Part shown: positions 24,625 to 32,000 of the stretch, in pieces
Layout of the letters: each line of letters opens with the position of its first letter
Position numbering within the stretch: position 1 is the first letter of the stretch
Position numbers and translations under genes: made by a program
DNA from: Nitrosarchaeum sp.
GTDB lineage: Archaea > Thermoproteota > Nitrososphaeria > Nitrososphaerales > Nitrosopumilaceae
DNA: 32,000 nucleotides
Assembly (NCBI GenBank): GCA_025699025.1
Contig: JAILWJ010000001.1
Location: 169,148 to 201,147 of the forward strand
Direction: 5' to 3'
Notes under the pieces: generated by a model
Database searches by the model: none
What the model was told of the DNA's origin: nothing
Seen by the model: only the letters and a program-made list of their open reading frames with translations

Positions 24625-25817
24625 TTCCACAAATAGATTCTCAGATAGGAATTACCACTTATAACACATCTTTTGATGGCATTGGCGGAAAGATTAGGTC
24701 TGCCCCAGAAGATTTCCATGTCTCTGAAAAAATCTCTGAAAAGTCTTTTAATTCAATCAAGGAGCAAGACGGTTATGCCGTATTCAAACTAACAAAGAAA
24801 AAAATAGATACTAACCATGCACTGTCTGATATTTTCAAGCGGAAGGGAATCCGATTAAAAGCCCTCGGACTCAAAGATGCATCGGCTGTAACTGAGCAGT
24901 TTGTCTGCTCAAATAACAGTGGAAATACAATTGACGAATTTGCAACTGACAAATACCATCTTAAAAAAATCGGATATGTAAAAAAACCGCTGTCAAAAAA
25001 AGACATGATTGGCAATCACTTTAAGATCAAAATCTCTGATTGCAGTCCGGGACTATCAAAATTCAGCGAGCATGACCGAATTCTGAACTTTTATGGTTAC
25101 CAGAGGTTTGGCTCAAAAAGACCTGTAACACACCTTGTTGGCAAAGCAATACTTCAGAAAAATTTCAAAAAGGCAGTGGATTTGATAGTCTCATTTACAT
25201 CCCCCTATGATTCTGAGGAAAACACTGCAATTAGGGAAAAACTGGCAGACAAATCCAACTATGCAAGATATCTTGAACAGGTACCTCCACAGATGGATGT
25301 TGAACGGATTGTCCTGCAAGAGATGATAGATCATGGCAGTGAGCAAAAGGCAATACGTGCAATCCCCTTGAACTTGAGGAGGTTTTACATTCAGGCCTAT
25401 CAGTCATTTGTCTTTAATCTCTCCTTGAGTGCCGCTTTTGTTGACGGTGAGAATTTGTTTGAGTGCCGTGACGGCGATGTATGTTTTGATGATTCCGATG
25501 TGATTGGAAAGTTTGTACGTGGCATGGACCAGAGACTTGCACTGCCTTTTGTCGGTTATTCTTATTACAAAAAAACACGATTCCATCCCCAAATCTCAAA
25601 AATACTTGAAAGTGAGGAGATATATCCAAAGGACTTTTTCATAAAAGAGATGCAAGAAGTCAGCAGCGAAGGCGGCTTTCGACAGGCTGCAATACATTGC
25701 ACTGACTATTTTGCATCTGATGATATCGTAGAGTTTACCCTGTCAAGAGGCTCCTTTGCAACAATATTACTCCGTGAAATTATGAAGCCCGAGGATCCAA
25801 TTGCAGTCGGGTTTTGA
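24621..25817 (+). CDS. truD: tRNA pseudouridine synthase D (TruD/Pus7 family)
   Basis: Pattern: GIGGKIRSAPEDFHVSE, catalytic-Asp motif GLKDASAVTEQ, and NFYGYQRFG. The GTG start overlaps the upstream stop (GTGA). Confidence 0.85.
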   Translation: MIPQIDSQIGITTYNTSFDGIGGKIRSAPEDFHVSEKISEKSFNSIKEQDGYAVFKLTKKKIDTNHALSDIFKRKGIRLKALGLKDASAVTEQFVCSNNSGNTIDEFATDKYHLKKIGYVKKPLSKKDMIGNHFKIKISDCSPGLSKFSEHDRILNFYGYQRFGSKRPVTHLVGKAILQKNFKKAVDLIVSFTSPYDSEENTAIREKLADKSNYARYLEQVPPQMDVERIVLQEMIDHGSEQKAIRAIPLNLRRFYIQAYQSFVFNLSLSAAFVDGENLFECRDGDVCFDDSDVIGKFVRGMDQRLALPFVGYSYYKKTRFHPQISKILESEEIYPKDFFIKEMQEVSSEGGFRQAAIHCTDYFASDDIVEFTLSRGSFATILLREIMKPEDPIAVGF

Positions 25818-25850
25818 CTCGCTGTTTTTCTCATCTTTTTAAGTTGATGC

Positions 25851-26576
25851 GTGCAAACACTCACTGTGTTAGACATCATAAAAAATCAGGAAAATTTCAA
25901 AACTGATATTGAGTGGTTGACAAGCTACCATCACTTTTCTTTTGGAGAGCACCATCATCCAGATAAAGTGAATTTTGGGCATCTGCGCGTATTCAATGAC
26001 GACACCATACAACCCGGAAAGGGGTTTGGTTTTCATCAGCATCATGATATGGAAATTGTAACTTATGTCGTAGAGGGGACACTGGAGCACAAGGATAACT
26101 TTGGCAACTGCGGAATAATAGAGCCAGGCGAAGTGCAAAGGATGAGTGCAGGCACGGGAATTTTTCACTCTGAATACAATCATTCAACCACCAAACCTCT
26201 GAAACTGCTTCAAATCTGGATTCTCCCAAACCAGAAAGGACTGCACCCTTCTTGGGAGCAACGAAAATTCCTCCAAGAAGAGCGGCTAAACAAGATGCTT
26301 TGCGTGGTCTCTCCAAAACCAAACGGCTCTTTATTGATTCATCAAGATGTGTCTTTTTACGTTTGCAGGCTAGACGGTTCTGAGGTAAAACATGACTTTG
26401 AGAAAAACAGGATGGGATATCTTTTTGTTATTTCCGGAAGTGTACAGGTCAACGGAATGCAACTGCATGCAAAAGATTCTGCAAAGATTCAAGACGAGCA
26501 ATCAATTGCTGTAAAGTCATCAGGTCCGTCTGAGGTGATGCTGCTTGATCTGTCTGCAAATTCCTTGCACTTGTAA
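25851..26576 (+). CDS. Pirin family (YhhW-like) cupin protein
   Basis: Pattern: FGHLRVFNDDTIQPGKGFGFHQHHDMEIVTYVVEGTLEHKDNFGN...GEVQRMSAGTGIFHSEYN. Confidence 0.85.
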   Translation: MQTLTVLDIIKNQENFKTDIEWLTSYHHFSFGEHHHPDKVNFGHLRVFNDDTIQPGKGFGFHQHHDMEIVTYVVEGTLEHKDNFGNCGIIEPGEVQRMSAGTGIFHSEYNHSTTKPLKLLQIWILPNQKGLHPSWEQRKFLQEERLNKMLCVVSPKPNGSLLIHQDVSFYVCRLDGSEVKHDFEKNRMGYLFVISGSVQVNGMQLHAKDSAKIQDEQSIAVKSSGPSEVMLLDLSANSLHL

Positions 26577-26660
26577 CTATTCTAAAACCACACCATTGGA
26601 ACTGGATCTCTGTTTTATGATTATCGGGATGTCTTTAAGTTCCTGTTTTCTTGATATCTT

Positions 26661-26894
26661 TTGAGGCATTTGGATAAAGCATACATGTTGATCAGCTGCG
26701 AAATAGGTGAGGAGGATTACGTCTATTCTCAATTCCAAAAAATACCCGAAGTGAAAAACTGCCTTGTCACATATGGCAGTTATGACATTGTAGTTGAGCT
26801 AGAAGCCCCCAAAGACCTGGATTCAGTCATTGCCTCCAAAATTAGAAAATTAGAAAAGATCCGCAGCACTATAACCCTCAGGGTAACCAGCTAA
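26661..26894 (+). CDS. Stand-alone Lrp/AsnC-type ligand-binding (RAM) domain protein
   Basis: 77 aa with KAYMLISCEIGEED...IPEVKNCLVTYGSYDIVVELEA...IRKLEKIRSTITL. TTG start. Confidence 0.6.
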   Translation: MRHLDKAYMLISCEIGEEDYVYSQFQKIPEVKNCLVTYGSYDIVVELEAPKDLDSVIASKIRKLEKIRSTITLRVTS

Positions 26895-27097
26895 ATTCTC
26901 TTGAGTGCTAGTGTGATGCCCAATGCCGACATTACTGCTCCTGCCACCAGAATCTGAAATCCATGTGTTGTCCATTCCGGATTTGAATACATAAACGAGG
27001 ACTGGGGGCCTACAACTGATTGCCCTTGCAGGTAAAATATGGCACCTAAAACCGATATCACTGCACCGCCTATTGCGACTATCCTTCCTATCTTCAC
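26891..27097 (-). CDS. Small two-helix membrane protein (68 aa)
   Basis: Two hydrophobic helices. It shares a convergent 4-nt stop overlap with the RAM gene. Confidence 0.4.
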   Translation of the reverse strand: MKIGRIVAIGGAVISVLGAIFYLQGQSVVGPQSSFMYSNPEWTTHGFQILVAGAVMSALGITLALKRI

Positions 27098-27201
27098 TGC
27101 CTTTTGATGGTTGTCACGGTGTAAAAAGGGTAAACAGAATTGATAATTTGACCAAATGATTTTCCAACCTGCTCTTTAATCTTTTTTCTTGATTTTCAAG
27201 T

Positions 27202-27891
27202 ATGTATAATTGGGAATATGGCGAGTCCGAATCTGGCTCCCACAAGTATCTTAACCTGATCCTGTTTACCTTTTCTGCGCTTTCTGCAGTCTTGATTTTC
27301 TTGGTTTTCTATCCCCAGATTGACGCAATCAACCGTGAATCACCAATCCTGATAAACATCATGTTTGCTCCTGCCATGCTTGTGGGTTTTCTTTATGGCA
27401 TGCGCATTACTGAAAGGGCAGTCAGACCTACGGAGATTCGTAGCCCCATAAAAAGATCAATTGTGAAAATATTTCTGTTCTTTTTTGTGATTGGTGGGAT
27501 GTTCAGCTCTGTAAACTTTGCACTCAACGGAGGAAGTCTGATGCCTGACATAAAAATTCTGGAGGATGGGCTCTTCTCTTGGGTTAATGAATTTGTTATG
27601 GCAAACGGCGGGGCTACATTTCTGATCATCACCAGCATTACCTTGATGGCAACAGCTACTAAGCGAATTGTAGGGATGAATACCGGAGTACTCAATAGAC
27701 TGGTTGCATGTGTGGGAACATTTGTTTTCTTTACATTGCTTGCACTTAGCTTCACTCACTCTGATCCAACTTCTTCTGGAGTCTTTTTGTATACGTTTTA
27801 TCATGCAGGCATTGTCGGAGGGGCGTTTTATGCAATGAACAAGCTAACCAAAAACCTGAACACAATGGAAGACTTTGCTAACGGGTTTTGA
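27202..27891 (+). CDS. Hypothetical polytopic membrane protein (229 aa)
   Basis: Five to six hydrophobic helices. No family was recognised. Confidence 0.5.
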   Translation: MYNWEYGESESGSHKYLNLILFTFSALSAVLIFLVFYPQIDAINRESPILINIMFAPAMLVGFLYGMRITERAVRPTEIRSPIKRSIVKIFLFFFVIGGMFSSVNFALNGGSLMPDIKILEDGLFSWVNEFVMANGGATFLIITSITLMATATKRIVGMNTGVLNRLVACVGTFVFFTLLALSFTHSDPTSSGVFLYTFYHAGIVGGAFYAMNKLTKNLNTMEDFANGF

Positions 27892-27893
27892 AA

Positions 27894-28142
27894 TTATTTT
27901 TCCAGATCTACATAAATCCCAGAAACATCGTTGTTGATCCTGTCCCAATACCTCTCACATCCATCTGACTTGAAATCATTTGCCTTGCATTCGTTAAAAT
28001 GCGCCTGGTTCTCTCTCTGGATGTTGTCTGCGTATAGTACGTCTGAGCCTATTGCAAGTGCTAGTAGCGCCACTGCAGTAAGACTTGCAGCTACTACAAT
28101 CATGGCATACCCTACTTTTGCATGATTGTGCGGTTCTTTCAT
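27894..28142 (-). CDS. Small membrane-anchored protein (82 aa)
   Basis: One N-terminal TM helix and a Cys-containing ectodomain. GGAGG lies 12 nt upstream of the ATG. Confidence 0.4.
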   Translation of the reverse strand: MKEPHNHAKVGYAMIVVAASLTAVALLALAIGSDVLYADNIQRENQAHFNECKANDFKSDGCERYWDRINNDVSGIYVDLEK

Positions 28143-28253
28143 TTAATCAAAACCCCTCCTACTCGAATTTAATCTTTTCAAGCGCCTCCTACGATCAATT
28201 CCTGATATTGCCTCCGTATAAGAAAATAGAAAAGTGAGTGATACGATCTATGT

Positions 28254-28757
28254 TTGTTGAGCATACAAATTCTCCAGTATGAATTCCTTGGACCAATCAA
28301 ACTTGATGAGTGGGGTCCGCCCATGGAAAAAGTGGTTTACCTCATACTGTCTCGAGTTAATGATACATTTCACACCCTCTATGTCGGCGAGTGTGAAAAA
28401 ACTGACGATAATGGATTCTTCACCAAACATCCCCTGTTCAAGTGCTGGGTGGAAAAATCCAGATCTGAAAAATCATTATACCTTGCAATTCTCCCAATGT
28501 TTGATGCCGGCTCTTCTCAAAGAAAGCAGGTAGCCTCCAAAATCATCGGCAGGTATCGCCCTGACTGCAATCAAGAGCCTCCTGCAGAACAGCCTGGCTA
28601 TGTCGTTCGCTCAAAACGGGATGACATCCGTTCCAAACCAGAAAAAACCCTTTGCCCGTGCTGCGGCTCTGAGATGAATGTGGAAAAAGTCATGGAAAAG
28701 TCAAGCGTCATCCGGTGCCCTGAATGCGGTCTTAGTGATACAAAACTCAACTCCTGA
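28254..28757 (+). CDS. Hypothetical protein with a C-terminal Zn-ribbon (CPCC...CPEC)
   Basis: The N-domain pattern VVYLIL...LYVGECEKT...HPLFKCW...LYLAILPM...RYRPDCN recalls an uncharacterised conserved family (GIY-YIG-like spacing; not verified). The start is uncertain: TTG 28254 or ATG 28323. Confidence 0.45.
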   Translation: MLSIQILQYEFLGPIKLDEWGPPMEKVVYLILSRVNDTFHTLYVGECEKTDDNGFFTKHPLFKCWVEKSRSEKSLYLAILPMFDAGSSQRKQVASKIIGRYRPDCNQEPPAEQPGYVVRSKRDDIRSKPEKTLCPCCGSEMNVEKVMEKSSVIRCPECGLSDTKLNS

Positions 28758-28980
28758 TCTTATTTTGGACATCAAATAGCTGCAATGTCAGCAAGTCTAT
28801 TGCTTTTTTCAGGTGCTCAAACTCGTTGATTGAATGGATCTGCCCTTCTACCAGTGCTCTTAAAACTTTGACAGTCCCTTTCTGGAATTCATCTGATGCT
28901 ATGATCTCCATTGCGTTAATTTTGGAAAGAAGGTTGTCAAGCTCGCCCCGCATCTCGTCTGCAGGTGCATGTTTCTTCAT
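28747..28980 (-). CDS. Small helical hypothetical protein (77 aa)
   Basis: Protein-like helical sequence. It overlaps the 3' end of the ORF at 28937..29164 by 44 nt. Confidence 0.35.
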   Translation of the reverse strand: MKKHAPADEMRGELDNLLSKINAMEIIASDEFQKGTVKVLRALVEGQIHSINEFEHLKKAIDLLTLQLFDVQNKIRS

Positions 28981-29164
28981 GTGTTTGAAAATGCCCTGTT
29001 GATATATGAATTGTGATTAGATCAGGTCCTCGTCGATTTCCTGGATTGGCTCCAAATATTGCTGGCATGTACATGTTGGAATCTGACACTTTCCAACCCT
29101 CATCAATGATCTGCTTTGGTTTTGTGGTATGTGCGCCTCGTTTGTATGGTGGCATCTTTTGCAA
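28937..29164 (-). CDS. Possible small ORF (75 aa) downstream of adh; the 3' third looks out of frame
   Basis: The first ~60 codons look plausible (PPYKRGAHTTKPKQIIDEGWKV...). The tail TCTCRRDAGRA overlaps the better-looking next ORF. Confidence 0.25.
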   Translation of the reverse strand: MQKMPPYKRGAHTTKPKQIIDEGWKVSDSNMYMPAIFGANPGNRRGPDLITIHISTGHFQTHEETCTCRRDAGRA

Positions 29165-29209
29165 TTCATAGATGAAACTTGTCTCTGGGTTATTTATTCC
29201 GTCTTGGAA

Positions 29210-30244
29210 TCACGGGATGAGAACTGCCCTTGCCTCTATCTGGGAATTTTTTAGTTTTTTTAGAACTTCATTTGCTTTTTCCAGGGGAAACGACTCTGTA
29301 ATCACTTCAACCTTTTCTTTTTCGCAAATTTTTATTACTTCTTCCATGTCTTTTGTCGAGCCAATCAATGTCCCGCGAATCGTCTTTTCCTCAAATGCCA
29401 TAAACTGCGGGTTCTTCCCGACTGTCGCAATTACTATCAGTCCTCCTTTCTTCACAGACTTTATCGCAGTATCTGTTACGATGTCTGCTGGTGCAAATAC
29501 AATTGCAGCATCAAGCAATCCGTGTTTTTCCCTGACTCTTTCTAGAAACTCTTCTTGATTGTTTGAAAACACCATTGCGTCTTTTGCACCCAACCGCTTT
29601 GCAACACTGAGATGATTTTGAGATCGTGAAAAAGCTATGACATCAGAGCCCTCAATTCTTGCAAACTGGATTGCCATGTGTCCCACTCCTCCGACTCCAA
29701 ATATCCCAATCTTTTTGTGTGATCTTGGCTCTGCTGCTTTTACGGCCTTGAATGCAGTTATACCTGCACAAAATAGGGGCGCCGCATAATCTGGCTTCAT
29801 GCTGTGGGGAACTTTTGTCGCAAAGTCTTCTGCAACCGTAATGTATTCGGTGTATCCTCCTCTGAATGACTCTCCTGTAATCTCGGCTGATTCGCACAGG
29901 TACTCCTTTCCCTCTGTGCAGTACTGGCATTTCTTACACGCCTCAAGCAGCGGCGTGATTCCTGCCCTGTCACCCACTCTGAACTTTGTGACATCCTTTC
30001 CGACCTCTGTCACAATACCTACTATCTCGTGGCCTGGAACTGTGGGCAATGTTGGCGGGATTCCAATGTCTTTCCAATCTCCCTCTATGCCGTGCAGCTG
30101 GGAATGGCATACCCCGCACGCTTCAATTTTGAGCAAAATCTCGTTTGGCTTTTTTATCTGATGCTTGTCGATCTCAGCCAGTTTCAGCGGATCTGTCTCT
30201 ACTGGAGCGCATTTTGACAGTATCATTGCCCTCATTTTTTCCAT
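29210..30244 (-). CDS. Zinc-dependent alcohol dehydrogenase (MDR superfamily)
   Basis: Catalytic Zn site CGVCHSQLH...GHEIVGIV, structural Zn site CKKCQYCTEGKEYLC, and NAD fold GIFGVGGVGHMAIQFA. ATG 30244 (MEKMRAMIL) is preferred over TTG 30289. Confidence 0.9.
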   Translation of the reverse strand: MEKMRAMILSKCAPVETDPLKLAEIDKHQIKKPNEILLKIEACGVCHSQLHGIEGDWKDIGIPPTLPTVPGHEIVGIVTEVGKDVTKFRVGDRAGITPLLEACKKCQYCTEGKEYLCESAEITGESFRGGYTEYITVAEDFATKVPHSMKPDYAAPLFCAGITAFKAVKAAEPRSHKKIGIFGVGGVGHMAIQFARIEGSDVIAFSRSQNHLSVAKRLGAKDAMVFSNNQEEFLERVREKHGLLDAAIVFAPADIVTDTAIKSVKKGGLIVIATVGKNPQFMAFEEKTIRGTLIGSTKDMEEVIKICEKEKVEVITESFPLEKANEVLKKLKNSQIEARAVLIP

Positions 30245-30412
30245 ATTCACATCACTATTGCATGAAATTTTAAGATTCGCCACATCCAAGTTGAATACCT
30301 GTCAATTGCACGCTTGAAATTTTACCTATCTTTGTTTTCTGAAATTTTTTTGATCTATTAACAACAATTTTTGCTAAAAATACATTTCAATGATGATGTG
30401 TTTTAGTTGTAA

Positions 30413-30610
30413 ATGGAAAATTCTGAGGTTAAAAATTACGAGCAGCTACACAGTGACTACAAAAAACTGATGAGTGAATATGAAAAATTAACGTCTGAAA
30501 AATCCGATGAAGAATTGATTACTTCAAAATTAGAAGAAATTGAGAAAAAATATCGTGAGCTCACTGATGTTTATTCTAATATTGCTCCAAAAAATAACAA
30601 TAATTTTTGA
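30413..30610 (+). CDS. Small acidic coiled-coil protein (65 aa)
   Basis: E/K/L-rich heptad-like sequence in a very AT-rich segment. Confidence 0.4.
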   Translation: MENSEVKNYEQLHSDYKKLMSEYEKLTSEKSDEELITSKLEEIEKKYRELTDVYSNIAPKNNNNF

Positions 30611-30669
30611 TCAAACATAAAATTTTCTACATGTTTAGTACTTTTAACATATGAAAATTTGATTTTATC

Positions 30670-30975
30670 ATGGCTGCAAGAAAAGCAACTAGGAAAGCAA
30701 CTAGAAAAGTAAAGAGAGCAGCAAGAAAGGCAAAAAGAACTGCAACACGAAAAGCAAAAAAGACAACAAGAAAAGTAAGACGAACCGCAAAAAAAACAGT
30801 AAGCAAGGCCGCAAGAAAAGCGCAAATTGTTGCAAGAAAGAGAAAAAATGATCTCCAAAAAGCAACTAATAAGATTAAGAGTGCCAAGCGCGCACTAAAG
30901 CAAGCAGAAAAAACTGCACGCAAAAAGAAGGCTGTGTATCTCAAAGCTCTAAAACGAGCAAAACAAACAAGCTAA
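30670..30975 (+). CDS. Hyper-basic low-complexity protein (101 aa; A/K/R/T repeats), putative nucleic-acid-binding
   Basis: By hand count about 44 of 101 residues are K/R and only 2 are acidic. Repeated A(T/A)RKA units are visible in the DNA as GCAACTAGGAAAGCAACTAGAAAA. Confidence 0.55.
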   Translation: MAARKATRKATRKVKRAARKAKRTATRKAKKTTRKVRRTAKKTVSKAARKAQIVARKRKNDLQKATNKIKSAKRALKQAEKTARKKKAVYLKALKRAKQTS

Positions 30976-31048
30976 TTGATGCTAAATGCATTAATTTTCT
31001 TTTTATTATATTCATTAGAAAAATAAAGGTGGGTGCACTACCTCCCTC

Positions 31049-31282
31049 ATGGCAGACGGAATAACTGATGAAGATCGTGAGCGTGTTAGACTATTACAAC
31101 TAGTGTCGAGTTCTAAAAATGAATTCAAAAAACTCTCACTTGAGCAGCTAAAAAGGCTGCAGGAACTAATTGAGAAAAAAGACTATAGCCATGACAAAAA
31201 GGCACACAAGTCCAAAGTAAAGTTACTTGGAAAGATAAACGTTAGAATTTACGAGTTGGAAGAAGGCAAAGGAATTTTCTGA
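31049..31282 (+). CDS. Small charged hypothetical protein (77 aa)
   Basis: A clean ORF with helical, charged sequence. No family was recognised. Confidence 0.4.
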   Translation: MADGITDEDRERVRLLQLVSSSKNEFKKLSLEQLKRLQELIEKKDYSHDKKAHKSKVKLLGKINVRIYELEEGKGIF

Positions 31283-31324
31283 TTTTCCAATTAGGTACAA
31301 ATACTATAAGACGGTACTTTCATT

Positions 31325-32000
31325 GTGGCAGAAAATAGTCTTATCCATGAAACAAGCCCCTACTTGCTACAGCATGCCCACAACCCTGTAAACTGGTATC
31401 CGTGGAATGACGCAGCATTAAAAAAAGCACGAGATGAAGACAAGCCAATATTCCTCAGTGTTGGATATAGCTCTTGTCACTGGTGCCATGTCATGGCTCA
31501 TGAATCATTTGAGAATGAAGACATTGCCGAATTTATGAATGAAAATTTTGTCAACATCAAAGTAGATAGAGAAGAAAGGCCTGATCTGGATGACATTTAC
31601 CAAAAGGTCTGTCAGATTGCAACCGGCCAAGGCGGGTGGCCCCTGAGCATCTTTCTCACACCGGACCAAAAGCCGTTTTACGTCGGAACCTACTTTCCGG
31701 TTTTTGACTCGTACGGCCGTCCTGGATTTGGAAGCATCACAAGACAGCTGGCCCAAGCATGGAAGGAAAAGCCAAGCGATGTAAAGAAAACCGCGGAAAA
31801 CTTTCTTGATGCACTGCAAAAAACTGAGACAGTAAAAGTCTCATCAAAACTTGAAAGGTCCGTCCTTGATGAGGCTGCCATGAACTTGTTTCAGTTGGGC
31901 GATTACTCTTATGGTGGGTTTGGCTCTGCCCCGAAATTTCCAAACGCTGCAAATGTTTCATTTTTGTTTCGCTATGCAAAACTTTCTGGCATCTCCAAAT
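31325..32000 (+). CDS. Thioredoxin-domain protein of the DUF255 / YyaL family, 3'-truncated by the window end
   Basis: Hand translation from GTG 31325: [89 protein letters not shown]...[23 protein letters not shown]. It is absent from the ORF track because there is no stop in the window. Confidence 0.9.
   Translation, partial: MAENSLIHETSPYLLQHAHNPVNWYPWNDAALKKARDEDKPIFLSVGYSSCHWCHVMAHESFENEDIAEFMNENFVNIKVDREERPDLDDIYQKVCQIATGQGGWPLSIFLTPDQKPFYVGTYFPVFDSYGRPGFGSITRQLAQAWKEKPSDVKKTAENFLDALQKTETVKVSSKLERSVLDEAAMNLFQLGDYSYGGFGSAPKFPNAANVSFLFRYAKLSGISK

Noticed and set aside
28155-28192. Direct repeat CCTCCTAC x2 as a regulatory operator
   Set aside because: The first copy is the complement of a GGAGG Shine-Dalgarno-like element 12 nt upstream of the minus-strand ATG at 28142. 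Two short copies are weak evidence, so it is mentioned only inside a broader finding.
30390-30426. Second C/D-box-like motif (ATGATGA ... CTGA)
   Set aside because: Only 26 nt separate the boxes, there are no D'/C' elements or terminal stem, and it overlaps the start of ORF 30413.
30571-30944. Minus-strand ORFs 30571..30858 and 30627..30944 (Phe/Cys/Leu/Ser-rich)
   Set aside because: They are reverse-complement artefacts of the A/G-rich low-complexity coding sequence of the basic protein.
31505-31979. Three minus-strand ORFs at the right edge
   Set aside because: They are antisense to the clearly recognisable DUF255/YyaL gene read from GTG 31325.
1-32000. Looked for CRISPR arrays, rRNA, tRNA, IS elements or transposases, and integrase
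   Set aside because: No regularly spaced repeats were seen. Reading the intergenic regions by eye found no tRNA-like cloverleaf or T-arm consensus. No ORF has recognisable transposase or integrase motifs. A tRNAscan or Infernal run would be needed to be certain.

Overview
The window has two parts.

**Part 1 (1-9393): viral tail module.** This is a tightly packed, almost entirely plus-strand block. Start and stop codons overlap or sit 1-2 nt apart. The architecture matches the tail half of a head-tail (Caudoviricetes-like) virus.
- Gene order: a 5'-truncated Zn-ribbon protein; a beta-rich 311-aa major structural protein; a 140-aa chaperone-like gene; an HK97 gp10-like neck/tail-completion protein; one antisense 76-aa gene; a 677-aa tape-measure-like protein; a 561-aa tail-tip candidate; two LamG/ConA-like jelly-roll proteins, with small ORFs and a 223-aa orphan between them.
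- The 140-aa gene has an 88-codon stop-free -1 frame behind a T_TTT_TTA heptamer.
- No integrase, terminase, portal or lysis genes are visible. The block runs off the left edge and ends about 150 nt before host genes.

**Part 2 (9551-32000): ordinary compact archaeal chromosome.** Gene content looks like an ammonia-oxidising Nitrosopumilales-type thaumarchaeon; that assignment is inference.
- Recognisable genes: Mrp/ApbC, DUF359 dephospho-CoA kinase, H+-pyrophosphatase, DUF2024, JAMM protease, membrane-anchored tandem cupredoxin, heme O synthase, a Zn-ribbon/aEF-1beta/Cdc48/small-protein operon, geranylgeranyl reductase, Pth2, a secreted beta-propeller protein, TruD, pirin, Zn-ADH and a 3'-truncated DUF255/YyaL thioredoxin-domain protein.
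- I saw no rRNA, tRNA or CRISPR array.
- One well-formed C/D box sRNA candidate lies at 11169-11226.

**Most interesting items:** the provirus-like tail module and its junction, the candidate programmed -1 frameshift, the antisense gene upstream of the tape measure, the paired LamG proteins, the C/D sRNA, a 37-nt perfect intragenic repeat in cdc48, and an AT-rich trio of small genes that includes a hyper-basic protein.

All functional calls come from motifs read by eye. No database search was run.
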